From positions 130,758,001-130,822,000 of the forward strand of contig OZ024741.1 in the NCBI GenBank assembly GCA_964016885.1: a DNA stretch of 64,000 bases, given 5' to 3'. Below the pieces are notes generated by a model. The model saw only the letters and a list, made by a program, of their open reading frames with translations. It was not told the origin of the DNA and did no database searches. This DNA comes from Eledone cirrhosa (lineage: Eukaryota). The position numbers and the translations under genes are program-made. Shown one piece after another: positions 25,596 through 42,138 of this stretch (position 1 is the stretch's first letter; every line of letters starts with the position of its first letter).

Positions 25596-25692
25596 AATTA
25601 TCTTATGTTGTTTATTACATAACTAAAACGCTCTGTAGTCTACATAGAGCACTCTCTTTTCCTTTACCTTTCCTACGGAAACACTTCATATA

Positions 25693-25719
<27 letters not shown>

Positions 25720-25737
<18 letters not shown>

Positions 25738-26027
25738 GAGAATGGCTGTCTGTCTGTCTGTCTGTCTGACTCCCTAAACCTCGAGAACCTCCCAACCAAC
25801 TGCTTTCAAACTTTAAACATGTAATACTTATGGTCCTGTGAGTGTTTTGAGCAAAGAGAATTTCAAATTTTCAATGACCTAGGAACCGCATTAGGCGATT
25901 TAGCGATCTCTCTCTATCATTCTTAGTCTTTCTTTTTAGATAGATACATAGATATAACGTTGCGCCCTTATAATATTTGTCTGTATGTCTGGCTGTATGC
26001 ATTATGACATTATGACGTTTGTGTGTG

Positions 26028-26085
<58 letters not shown>

Positions 26086-26231
26086 TATATGTATATATAG
26101 TGTGTGTATATATATATAGTGTGTAACGCTTTTCGAAATATTTACTTCTGCGTTCACAGATTGATTTTTTTAGTTTCAGAAGATCTCGTTAAGGGTGAAA
26201 GCAGCGATTCTTTGCTTAAACTTTAATCTGT

Positions 26232-26304
<73 letters not shown>

Positions 26305-26450
26305 TATATTCGTGTACAGATGTTTTTGCTTACACAATAACAAAATATAAACAAACGTATTTATTTCACGAGGCTCGATAAGGATAAATATATATCAAAT
26401 ATATAAGAACCTTAGAGCAAATCCCGAGCAACGCCGGGCTATTCTGCTAG
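25720..26450 (+). mobile_element. Non-autonomous Helitron, copy 1
   Basis: The 5' region (taaaacagagaatg..(gtct)n gactccctaaa) is shared with copy 2. The 3' end has the hairpin cccg-agcaacgc-cggg followed by CTAG at 26447-26450. Confidence 0.75.
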
Positions 26451-27259
26451 TCTATATATCTAAAACAGAGAATGTCTGTCTGACTGACTCCCTAAAACTC
26501 GAGAACCACCCAACCGATTTTTTCAAACTTTACACATGTCAACCTTATATATGTGAGTGTTTTGAGCAAAATATATTTCAAATTTTCAATGCATTAAGCG
26601 AAAAACCGCATATTTTATGCTTTAAAGGCTTTTTGAGGAATAACGGAACAATAATCCAGGCGATTTCTTCAACATTTGCATTATTTATGTCGTTTAAAGT
26701 ATTTTGAGCAAAAAAGATTTTCTCATTTCGAAAAACCGATTTTTAAAAGCAATTTGGTTGCGTTAGGAGAAGTACCCAACCGATTTTTTTTAAACTTTGC
26801 ATATGCATTACCTATGTTTCACAAATTTTCTTGACTGAAAAAGATTTCAAATTTTTGCCTGGGGACCGCATTGTTTAGCATTTTGGTTGCGTTAGGGCCT
26901 GTAACCTTAAAATTATCTAACTAAATTCCTTCATGCTCTCCATCACTGCAGTCCCACGTGCTTACTGCTCTGTAACTATTGCTTTCATTGTAACATAGCA
27001 CAACAAATACATGTTCGGTTTGTCGAATTCCTTTTTACTTAACCCTATCGTCTTGGCTTTCGTGGGTTGAACATTTTACTCTCAGGCACCCAATTAAGTT
27101 AAATCCCTGGTAATCTACGACAAATTTTTGTTATAAGGACAAAATGTAAACACCATTCCCAGCCAAGGTATTCCGTATTTCTCCGTACTGTTTCAGAAAG
27201 GAGGGATAAACATGCCAATCTATGTTTGGAATCCCGAGCAACGCCGGGTCATTCTGCTA

Positions 27260-27260
<1 letters not shown>
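26451..27260 (+). mobile_element. Non-autonomous Helitron, copy 2
   Basis: Starts with TC (tctatatatctaaaacagag) and ends with the same hairpin plus CTAG (27257-27260), followed by T. Confidence 0.82.
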
Positions 27261-27298
<38 letters not shown>

Positions 27299-27305
<7 letters not shown>

Positions 27306-27401
27306 GAAATGGCTTCTACAGGGCTAGAACTGTTTAATTCAGGAGAAATGATTTCTCCCGAATGAAACAGTTATAGTCCTGTAGAAGCCATTTCTATATT
27401 A
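27299..27401. repeat. ~100-bp imperfect hairpin next to (TA)n
   Basis: aatatagaaatggcttctacagg... pairs with ...cctgtagaagccatttctatatt, with a 1-nt loop at the centre. Confidence 0.85.
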
Positions 27402-27524
27402 AATATTTATACTCTGCTTTGTATTGAGTACCTTAGGTACTGTGACTACACCCGATTGAACCCGGGATAACAAACCCCCCCCCCCCCCCCCACACACACA
27501 CACGCACCCCCCCCCCCCCCACAC

Positions 27525-27562
<38 letters not shown>

Positions 27563-27729
27563 ATAAATATAGTATTAAGGATACTATTTATGGTTATGTA
27601 TATACTAAAACTTTTTATAGTTATATATATTTTAAACCCTAAACAGTGATAGACAGTAATTTATTACTACCTTATTACCAGTAAGATAAATAGCTCAATG
27701 TAATAACATCAGTTGTTCTACAGGGCAGT

Positions 27730-28356
27730 TATATAGAATTCACAGGAATCAAAGTTATGTTCAAACCATTTATTAGCTTACAATTGTTTCATCCAAACCG
27801 AGGTTTGGAGTCTTCGGAGCATTTTTCAATGTTTGTATACATACATGACCTCCTTTCCAACGCAAGAGACATACAGATACATATGTATATATTGATGCAC
27901 AGTGGGGTGACATATATTATTTCTAAATGGCAATTTAAATTCAAAATTCAAAAATTAAAATCATATTAAAACAGAATCAAAGCAAAATTAAAATTAAAAT
28001 ACAACATCGGCAGTTAACGTAGATAATGCAAGAGGATAGTTTGTTAGTCAGTTGTAGTAGTTATTGTATGCATTAGTTACACGTGGGGCATGCATGTGTG
28101 TCCTATTTATATATGATTATTGTGCGGCAGGGTGTTATATGCAATACAAGCACTTTAAGCGGATAATCAAGAGTATTATCAAGAGTATTATCAATATATA
28201 CATATGTATCTGTATGTCTCTTGCGTTGGAAAGGAGGTCATGTATGTATACAAACATTGAAAAATGCTCCGAAGACTCCAAACCTCGGTTTGGATGAATC
28301 AATTGTAAGCTAATAAATGGTTTGAACATAACTTTGATTCCTGTGAATTCTATATA
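27730..28356 (+). mobile_element. Penelope-type mini-element with 167-bp inverted repeats, each holding a hammerhead variant
   Basis: 27730-27896 is inverted at 28190-28356 (one mismatch seen). The motif is GCU-CCGAAGA-c-UCCAAACC-uc-GGUUUGGA-u-GAAAC-AAUU-GUA-AGC. The element ends at (TA)n. Confidence 0.75.
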
Positions 28357-28379
28357 TATATATAAATATATATATATAA

Positions 28380-32346
<3,967 letters not shown>

Positions 32347-32354
32347 TTAATGTA

Positions 32355-32399
<45 letters not shown>

Positions 32400-32450
32400 T
32401 ATATATAAATAAAGATCCGAAGGCATGGTATACATTTCCAATCATTTTAA

Positions 32451-32524
32451 TCACGACACATGTTTCAATAAGCGATAGATCGATCGTGTAGCAATGATCG
32501 ATTATCACTGATCTCGTCAGGTGA
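32451..32524 (-). ncRNA. Type I hammerhead ribozyme with a canonical core; predicted cleavage after GUC
   Basis: Minus strand reads UCAC-CUGACGA-[GAU c AGUGAUA AUCGAUC loop GAUCGAU c UAUCGCU u AUU]-GAAAC-augu-GUC-GUGA. Confidence 0.82.
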
Positions 32525-32965
32525 AAATGAATTGTCTTCAAATCCTTGATATGAGGGAGAAAATTAACGATGTTCACTCACAGAGTTTAGTCCCTCATAT
32601 ATATATATATTCTCCTCCGATTCTCGAGAATTATTCACTTGTAAAAATCGGGTCAAGAAACAATCCACTAAACTGAGGGGGTCTCTTGTTAATCCTTATA
32701 ACCTTACAGTGATGGTGCACTTCTATATTGCAGGATTGCTGCAAAGAAATTTGGCGAAACTGCAGTCGGGACTTTGAAGAAAAAATAGGTATATTTTTGT
32801 CTATTATTTCCTCACACTTTTAATTTGATATATATATAGAGAGAGAGACAGGAGTGGGGGTGATGGGAAAGATAGTTAGTTAAAATCCCGGTCGCAGCAC
32901 CATCTCTTCATGCCATGCATTAAGTACTCTCATGATTAGAGGTCTTTCGGTCTCAATACCACAGA

Positions 32966-33061
<96 letters not shown>

Positions 33062-33240
33062 AAATAGAGATCGCGCATGGAGCGCGCAGGACAAAGGCAA
33101 AGGAAAAAGAACGGAAAAACGGATAGTCCCATGTCCTCAGTCAACCTCTGAAAATCACTACGGTTTTCATACATACATACATACATACATACATACATAC
33201 ATACATACATACATACATACATACATACAGACATACATAC

Positions 33241-35909
33241 AGACGATTTGGAGATACACAATTTAAAACTTTAAACTCCAAATTACATCAGTTGAAACAA
33301 CAACTCACAGCTACAACAGAAAGACTAAAATATAAGTCAACAGCCCATAAACGACAAGTGCTAAATAGATTGTTTGCCAGAGATCCTAAATCAGTTTATC
33401 GCAGCTTCGGTGGCAAAAGCTCAATCTCTGTAAATGACACCCCTTCAAAAGAACAGGTTGAGAGCTACTGGAGATCTGTATGGGAAACAGATGACGGATT
33501 CAACAGACAAACTAATTGGCTAAAAGAACTGGAACAGGACTACTGCCAACATGTCCAGACAAAACAATATGACATAGATGGGTCAATACTGGAAACAGCT
33601 CTACAGAAAATGTCAAATAGGAAATCACCAGGCCCAGACCTCATTACAGGATACTGGTTGAAGAATTTCACTTTCTATCGGCAAGATCTCATACGGCTGT
33701 TTACAGAAACCATTAAAGGCACACAAGAACTGCCCAGATGGTTATCAACTGCCACTACTCTCCTCATTCCCCAAAATAGGGAAACCACCCTTACTAAAAA
33801 TTACCGCCCAATAGCCTGCCAAAACATCATGTATAAATTATATACTGGGTGCCTTAACCTGTTCTTACAGGATCACTGTGCTACCAACAACAACATAACA
33901 CCTGAGCAAGCTGGTGGAAAGAGGGAGGTGTGGGATTGCATAGATCACCTCCTAACTAATAAAATGATTCAAGAAAAAACCACAAAGAATCGCAGAAACA
34001 TGACTGTGGTGTGGCTGGACTATCAAAAAGCATTTGATAGTGTACTTCATGGGTGGATTGTTAAAGCTTTACAATTAACCAAAGTCCCACAACCACTGGT
34101 AGCTGCTGTCGAACGTCTGACCAAGAACTGGTACACCAATTTGATCCTTAGAGGTGAGAAGGAGCAAGTTAAGACTGATAAGATACATTACCAGAGGGGC
34201 ATCTTTCAGGGTGATAGCTTGTCAGTGATACTCTTCGTTCTCTTACTAAATCCACTATCTTACCTACTCAGGAAACAAGGTGGACAAAGGAGTGGGTCCA
34301 GAAGTATCTCCCATCTTTTCTTTGTTGATGACCTGAAGTTGTATGGGCCAAATATCAATGACATCAAGAAACAATTGGACCTCATTACACAATTTTCAAC
34401 AGACATCAAAATGAAATTTGCTGAGTCCAAGTGTGCATATTTGGCAGTAAAACGTGGAAGAGCTGTGCCCTCCTCTAGAAATCTAAAGATGAACGGCCTG
34501 ACAATACAACCTCTACAGTCAGGTGACAACTACATATATCTTGGACAGGATGAGAATATCAGATATGATGGACCCATAAATAAGGAGAGAACCAGAACTG
34601 AATACCTCAGAAAAGTAAAGAAAATATGGTCATCAGAACTGTCAGCGTACAACAGATACATTGCTCACAATACTTATGCTGTGCCAATTCTAACACCAAC
34701 ATTTGGCCTGCTGAACTGTTTCATTGCAAGAACTAAGTGAGATGGATGTTAGAACTCGAAAACTTCTCAGTGTTACTGGGAACTTTAACATCAATGGTGA
34801 TGTGGATAGGCTATACTTCTCACGCAAGACAGGTGGCCGGGGTCTAAAATCCATATTAACATTATATGATACCCGGATAGTAACATCTTCAACAGAGGAA
34901 AAAGGTTGGCAACCATCTTGCCCAGGTTTATGAGCATGAAAAAAAAATCATTAGAATAGCCACTGATCTGGAGGAGAGACATGGAATAAAGCCTGATATA
35001 AATCTCTCACCCAGAGAAATCGGAAGATCCTATTCAATGTTCAAACAAGATGAAAAAATTGACCAATTTACAGAAAAAATTGTGCATGGATACTTGAGAC
35101 GTAAAACACAGACCATAGAGGGGATAAACCACTTAAAAAGCCTGGCATGGAGTTCCGACAAGTTTATGACATCACACCTTGAGAGATATCTCTATGCAAT
35201 ACAGGAACAAGAACTCCCTACCAAATATCTGCTGCACAAAAGGGGAGGGCCATAAGCTGACAATAAATGTAGGCTATGTAAAACAAAGATCAAGGATGTA
35301 AGCCACATTGTTGCCAGCTGCGAAAGAATGTCATCTCGCTACTACCTCCCCATGAGACACGATGGGATAGCTAGAACCATCTGGAACGCACTTCGGAAAA
35401 CAAAATTAACAACAAACGAGGAAGAATATATTGAGACAGATGGCACTAAGGAATACTGGTGGAACCTGAAAATAAAAACTGCCGCAAAATTAAAGCACAA
35501 CCGGCCTGATATTGTTGTTTGGGATCACACATTGAAAACGTATTCTGTTGTGGAGATCAGCTGCCCACTTGATGTAAACGTTGTCAGAAAAATACAGGAG
35601 AAGGAGGACATTGATGAGGAGTTTACAAATCCAGTATCCAAGATACACCTTTAGCTTCATACCCATTATTATTGGAGCTACGGGTTATATACCAACCCGC
35701 TTGGACCAAAGAATGACTGAACTTCGATTTGCGGACAAAGAGCGCAGCTCCCTAATTCACAGTCTACAAATGGCTGCGATAACTGGCACCTTCAAAATTT
35801 GCAAAACATTCTTGCGATTCAAGGGATGAAAATTTCTTTACTTTTATAACCTTGCCACCAGTAAGGTGGCCGGTCAAAAAAATATACTCGAAATTAAGAG
35901 AAAGCGATA
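33241..35909 (+). mobile_element. 5'-truncated R4/Dong-like LINE (RT + CCHC + REL endonuclease) in (CATA)n
   Basis: ORF 33292-34740 has YRPIAC, WLDYQKAFDSV, GIFQGDSLS and HLFFVDDLKLY. Downstream frames give CRLC..H...C, RHD and HNRPDIVVWD..VEISCP. (cata)n lies on both sides. Confidence 0.92.
33292..35829 (+). pseudogene. Reverse transcriptase/REL endonuclease ORF, frameshifted
   Basis: ORF-track pieces 33292-34740, 34724-34933, 35037-35255, 35328-35654 and 35581-35829 are collinear parts of one protein. Confidence 0.88.
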
Positions 35910-36049
35910 ACATACATACATGCATGACGGCTGAAAACTCTGCTAAGAGTATTGCAATCGCTTGTCAGAATATAGAGTTTGGTGCACTTTTATGCTACCT
36001 ACCGCCAGCCACACAGACATGTAACATAGCCTGAACAATCATCGAAAAC

Positions 36050-36381
36050 ACTACCTGAAAAGGAGAACTAGTCAACATCATCGGGTGCTTCCAAAGCCGT
36101 AGGTTTTTTTTCAGAGTTTCCCTCTGAAAGGTGTTGTGACAACAACTGGGGGCCTTTCACTCCCAGGTGAACAAAACAAAAACTTCTATTTTTGGATGGC
36201 CGTTGACTCTGCTGAGTTCCTTCACCCTTTGCCGGGTCTTGTATTTCATCCCGCAGGCTGTCCAAATATCACCCTACTCACCAAGCTAACTTGGTGGGGC
36301 TGCCAGTTTAGTCGCCGACTACCCGACCATGAGACAGGTTGTATTGGGTTACATGTTACCAGTAGCACCCGAGAGCGACCT
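36050..36381 (-). mobile_element. RTE-like LINE 5' region
   Basis: Homologous to 16260-16450. Confidence 0.6.
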
Positions 36382-36900
36382 AACATACATACATATATAC
36401 ATACATAGATACATGCATACATGCATACATGCATACATACATACCTGATAACTGCCACTTCTTTACAGAAGACGGCCATCTCTTCAACGAATTCCCTGAT
36501 ATTATGAACCACCACCAACTGCAGGCTGCTGGCTAGTTTGGTGACTGAACAGGATTTGGTTAGGCCACCTTTTCTAGATCCATCTCATGTGAATATGGGT
36601 GAGATGGGTGAGCAGTACGCCCCCCCCCCCCCCAAAAAAAAGCTGCCTAGACGCTCAAGACTCCGCCGAAGCATATAGTTGTTGAGGTTAACAGTGCAGC
36701 GATGTTAAGATAAGACTCGAGCCGCCCAGGGGTAGATTTGTAACCATGTTTTTCTAACCGGCCGAGTTTGGGCTCGTTGCCATTCCTCCACTGTGTTCGT
36801 GTGTGTGATTTTCTGTATGTTTATGTACATAGATATATAGATAAATAGATAGATAGGTAGATAAATATATTGATAATTAGATAGACAGATACATATATAT

Positions 36901-37171
36901 GGAGGCACGTGGCTTAGTGGTAAGTGTGTTGGACTTACGATCATAATGTCGTGGGCTCGATTCCTGAGTTGCGTGTTGTGTTCTTGAGCAAAACACTTCA
37001 TTTCACGTTGCTCCAGTATACTCAGCTGAAAATGTGTATCAGCAATAGTTGGAGGTTTAATCCTGCGATGGACTGGCGTCCTGTCCAGGGAGGAGTCTTG
37101 TACTCTCAGTCGCTTCACGCCATGAAACCGGGATAAGCACCGACCAAATGAGCCTTCTGGCTTAAGACAGA

Positions 37172-37174
<3 letters not shown>
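36901..37174 (+). mobile_element. tRNA-derived SINE family 2 (degraded copies at ~40735-41010, ~48145-48410 and ~50790-50930)
   Basis: A box tggcttagtgg, B box-like ggctcgattcc, tgtgttcttgagcaaaacactt, cctgcgatggactggcgtcctgtccaggg and tail gaaaccgggataagc. Confidence 0.85.
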
Positions 37175-37270
<96 letters not shown>

Positions 37271-37610
37271 AGAGAGAGAAGAGGAGAGAGAGAGAGAGAG
37301 AGAGAGATTGATAGATAAAAAATTAACTAGACAACAGACAGATGTGCAGATAACTATAAATAGGCAAACTGAGATATCTGGGGTTATGTAGGCAGAACAC
37401 ATGAAAGGTGCTTTTTTTCGTTAAAATGTCATATTTAGCTATAAGAGAGAAAAATAAAAAAAAGAAGACAACATTTTCTTCGACCGGAGAAGGAATTGAA
37501 GCCGCCACCTTCAGATACCTTCACAACATATGCTATAAAAGCCTTATGCTCTACAAACTGAGCAATGTAAGCAGACAGATAGACAAATAGATAGACAGAC
37601 AAATAGATAT

Positions 37611-39199
37611 ATTTCTTTATTAGCCACAGGGGCACAAAAGAAGTGGACAAATACAAAGGGGGAAGTTTACATACAATAAAAACGTGTAAAATGTTATCAC
37701 AAATGCAATTTAAAAAATTAGTCGATTTTACCCAATTAGGGGAGACAGTTTATATGGGTAACACATACCCCCGAAAAAATGTGAAACCCTCATCTCTAGG
37801 AGTACGAAGAGTTTGTACTCCTTTCCTCTCCTCCTCCTTTTCCTCAACCTACAGGCTGATATAGAGAGAAGGCCCATTCACTCGGGCCATTCTCGCCACT
37901 TTCACCCACCTTTCATAAAACTTGCTGGCGTACAGCACCTGTCTCTCCATCCTGATTCTTCTTCCAAAGTGGTATTTGAAAAAAAGAATCAGTTGTTGGC
38001 CGGAGAGAAAGGTGTCTGACCTCAGCCCTTTCAACCTTGTCCACCATACAACCTCTTTCGCCATAGCTATCACACAAAGGAAAACCGCCTCTCCTTCGTT
38101 TTTGAAGGAGGGTGGCGGTTTGATCATGACAATGGACTCGGTGGTCAACCGGATTGGTCCCACCCGCGACAATAGTTCTACATATCCCCACAGGTCAGTG
38201 TATGAATGCGTGCGCGACAGTTTCTTCGTTACGCACGCACCTCGGACAGATCTTTTTTGCAGGGTCCCTGCCCGGGCGTCCATGTCTGTAGAGCTTGTTT
38301 CGAACTGGTAGAGCTCCTCGGTAGCACTGCCAGGCCAGGGACTTTTGGAAGTTGTCCATCGGTCCCGGGCGGAAGGTCCTACCGAACATACTGACCAGTT
38401 CATCTTCCTCTACGCCTAGAGTTTCACTGAGCGCGTCGTCGCACTTGCTGCGGATCAACCCTCTATAGAATGACGAAGTGGAGTTTCCACTGATCGCCGG
38501 GTCTGCCTGCCAGAGGGCTGTGAGCGCCTGAGCACATTCGATGTGCCAGTCGCCCATTTTCTTCGGTCTTTGCTTGACCCAGGACTGCAGCTCGGTCAGC
38601 GAGACGAGTCGTGGCAAGGCTCGCCTCACGAACGGGGCCCACACCGGTTGTCCGGTGAAGAATACGTAGAGATGCCGCAGCCTGAGCGCGTGTTTGCGCA
38701 TCGTCAGCCACGGCATCCCAGACCTCCGTTAGAAGGGTGTTGGCAGCAGATGGATCTTCTCACCAAAGGAGCCCGCCTCTTCCAAAGGAATTGGAAGAGC
38801 GCGCGCTCCATTTTGGCGAGCGTTTTGGCTGGTCAAGGCACGGTCAAGCGGTAGTAGATGGCGGACGCTATAAAAGTGTTCCGCTCGACCTTTCAAGGAT
38901 AGTTTGCACTCGGCCCACTTCTGGGTGAGTGTAAACACCTTGGCCGTCACTTCGTTCCAGTTCTTCTCCACCTGGAGGTCCGGACCAAACCAGACCCCGA
39001 GCAGCTTTACCGGTCCTTCCGTCCAGCGTCCGACGACGCCATCGGAAGGCATCGGTTTGCCTCTCCACGATCCGAGTTGTAAACCGATGGACTTGTCCCG
39101 GTTCAGCTTCGCTCCTGTGAAACTTTCGTATTCCTTCAGTAAGGTGCCGGCTTCCTCAATTTGCGAGGCCCTCGACACCATTACTGTCACGTCGTCAGA
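37611..39199 (-). mobile_element. 5'-truncated Tx1-clade LINE (sister family), copy A
   Basis: ORF2 C-terminal fragments are homologous to 8755-10120 and the copy is truncated at the YADD motif. The 3' end gtggctAATAAAgaaat abuts (GATA/GACA)n. Confidence 0.9.
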
Positions 39200-39210
39200 C
39201 AGATAGATAT

Positions 39211-40396
39211 GTTTCTTTTATTTGCCACTAGGGCATCAAAAGTGGGACAAGTACAAAGGGGGGAGTTTACACAAAAAGGCGTCCTCAATAAGGAGGAGGC
39301 AATAACAAAATATAAAAATAAAATAAGATATAACAAAAAATAAAATTTATAACAAAATCCTCAATAGAGAGGAGGCGCCTTGGGGGGTCGCACACACCCC
39401 CGAAAAAAGTGTGCAACCCTTCTCCTCAGGAGCACAGAGAAGGGGTGCTCCCTTGGTCTTTCATCTTCCTCACCTATAGTCTGATGTAGAGTGAAGGCCC
39501 ATTCACACGGGCCATTCTCGCCACTTTCACCCATCTTTCATAGAAACGGCTGGGGTGCAGCACCTCTCTCTCCATCCTGATCCTTCTTCCGAAATGATAA
39601 CGGAAGAAACGGACCAGTTGTTGGCCAGAGAGAAAGGTGCCTGACCTCAGTCCTTTCAGACGCGTCCACCATACAACCTCTTTCGCCATGGCTATTACGC
39701 ACAGAAACACCGCCTCTGCTTCATCTTTGAAGGGGGGAGGCGGCTTGATCATTACAATAGACTCGGTGGTCAACCGGATCGGTCCCACCCTTGACAGCAG
39801 TTGTTCGTCATAGCCCCACAGATCGGCTACGCCCGAGCAGTGTACCAATGCGTGTGCAACGGTTTCCTCGTCGCACACGCATCTGGGACAGATCTTTTTG
39901 GCGGGGTCCCTACCCGGGCGCCCGTGTCTGTAGAGCCTTTCTCGAACGGGTAAAGCCCCTCAGTAGCACTGCCAGGCCAGGGACTTCTGGAAGTTGTCCA
40001 TAGGTCCCGGGCTGAATGTCCTACCGAACAGGCTGGCCAGTTCGTCCTCCTCCATGTCTAGGGCTTCTCCGAGGGCGTCGTCGCACCTGCTGCGTACCAG
40101 CCCTCTATAGAATGTTGCGGTGGAGTCTCCACTGATAACCGGATCCGCCTGCCAGAGGGCGGTGAGCGCCTGGGCACACTCAGTGTGCCAGGCGCCCAGT
40201 TTTCTCGGTCTTTGCTTGACCCAGGATTGCAGCTCGGTGAGTGAGACGAGTCTGGGAAAGGTTCGTCTCACAAACGAGGCCCACACCGGTTGTCCGGTGA
40301 GGAATACGTAGAGGTGCCGTAGCCTTAATGCGTGTTTACGCATCATTAGCCACGGCATCCCCAGCCCTCCTTTCGAAGGGTGTTGACAGCAGATGG
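39211..40396 (-). mobile_element. 5'-truncated Tx1-clade LINE (sister family), copy B
   Basis: ICCQHPSKGGLGMPWL...CPRC..HALVHC; GATA repeats on both sides. Confidence 0.9.
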
Positions 40397-40428
40397 ATAG
40401 ATAGATAGATAGATAGATAGACAGATAG

Positions 40429-40680
40429 ATTTCTTTATTTGCCACAAGGGCGTACAAAAAATGGGACATTACAAAACGTTACGTGGGGGGGGGGGCTTTA
40501 CATAAAAATTGTGTAAACTTTAACATTAATAAATTAAAATAAACTATATATTAAAATAAAATAACAATCGAAATCCCCAATAGGGAGAACGTTACTGCGG
40601 GATTGTTTTACACCCAGTAGATAGAACAACCCTCAACACCAGGAGAATGTTTGGTATGCGTTCCTGTCCCCCCCTCTCTC
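40429..40680 (-). mobile_element. 3' UTR-only Tx1-clade fragment, copy C
   Basis: The 3' end ccttgtggcaAATAAAgaaat abuts (GATA)n, and the UTR is similar to copies A and B. Confidence 0.72.
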
Positions 40681-42138
40681 TCTCCGGAAGAGATAAAGCC
40701 CTCGCTCAGGTTTAAAATATTCCTGAAACATCGTATGTTGTTAAGTGGTTAGTCTATCTCGCTGAAAAGTTTGCTATTCTTGTTATCATCAGTTGATTGT
40801 GTCTGCCATGATAGTCTGTTTCGTTCTTATTTCACGTTACTCCAGTATATATAGCTATCACAAATGGTTTTTACTTTTAATCGAAATGACCAGCCCTGTC
40901 ACACATTGTGGAACGCTGAATCTCCCAAAGAACTTCCTTATGGGTACACGTGTCACATTTACTCGGTAATTTCACATGCAGGCTGTTGAAAAACTAGAAC
41001 ACTCTCCGTCGGAATTAAAGCAATTCCACAGCAATACATGAAAGCCCCATTTCTCTAAACTGTATCTCTATGGTATTAAACCATCTTTCATATCTTAGCC
41101 TGGAAGCTTCCTGTCAGAGAAAACCACGGTGGTGTATGTTGGTGGGATCTTACTGACATGTTTTCTGTAAACTCTAGGCCACGTTTGTCAAATATTTTTA
41201 ATGAGACCCATAGCATGTGCTGCATTTTGTTTTGCGACCCAATGTATAATATATCATTTGGATTATTTTTTATTATATTTTTCTTAGGACACTATTTGTT
41301 CAATAATGACATGTTTTGTCAAGTGCAGAGCTGAAGTCCCTTTCTCTTTTCAGGATGGTAGAAAGAAGAGAAAAAGGTATCTTTAAACTGGAGCTCTGGT
41401 CTGAATGCTTGCACAGAGAACTGAGTCCCCAAAAGGCACCCAGCAGCCAGGCAAAATATGTCAAGGCGAGATTTGAACGCCTAAACAAATTATACAAGTC
41501 CAACTTTCTAATGATGGCTGGAATATATACCACGAAGCTGTCCACGTCTACCAACGTTCACTGCAATGCTGATGTGCCCACTCTTCATCCTGCTTCTACA
41601 GGTATTGTAGACGCTTAATATTAAACCTACAATGAACCAACGGGAGAACCCTCTTGTAGTCTCCCAAGCTGCAAGCCATATCACTCACAAATCATATCCT
41701 ATCATTTTTTAAATAATGTATTTCATTATACAAAAGACGTTATGGTTATAGTTTGAGCGTCTTCGATCTTAGTTAGACATGTGTGCTCGATCAGAGCTCA
41801 CTTTGGGTAAAACAACAACTACTTCCATGAATAGAGATCTAATCAACAAAGACACGATCTCACAACACTTATGGATATAACAATCTCCTGATTCACAAAA
41901 CTTACTCCTGGATATTTCTCTGTGGACAAGACAAAATGTAAATAGATTCTTATCCCCTCTCTTCGTACATAGGAAAAATAGAAGAGCTCACCTTCACATG
42001 TTTCACAACTAGTTGGTCGTTTATCAGAAGATGAGTATGTACCCTTATCCTTTAGCCCACGAACAAAACTTATAGTATATCGCACTTTATGTCAAACTCC
42101 AACCAGAACTTAATTGATATAGCAATGAGATTAATCAA

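Noticed and set aside
36901-36970. tRNA gene
   Set aside because: It has A/B boxes but no intact cloverleaf and continues into a SINE body found in several copies.
41316-41618. 100-aa ORF with a nearby ttttcag acceptor-like site as a host exon
   Set aside because: No recognisable domain or partner exons; it cannot be supported without RNA or homology data.
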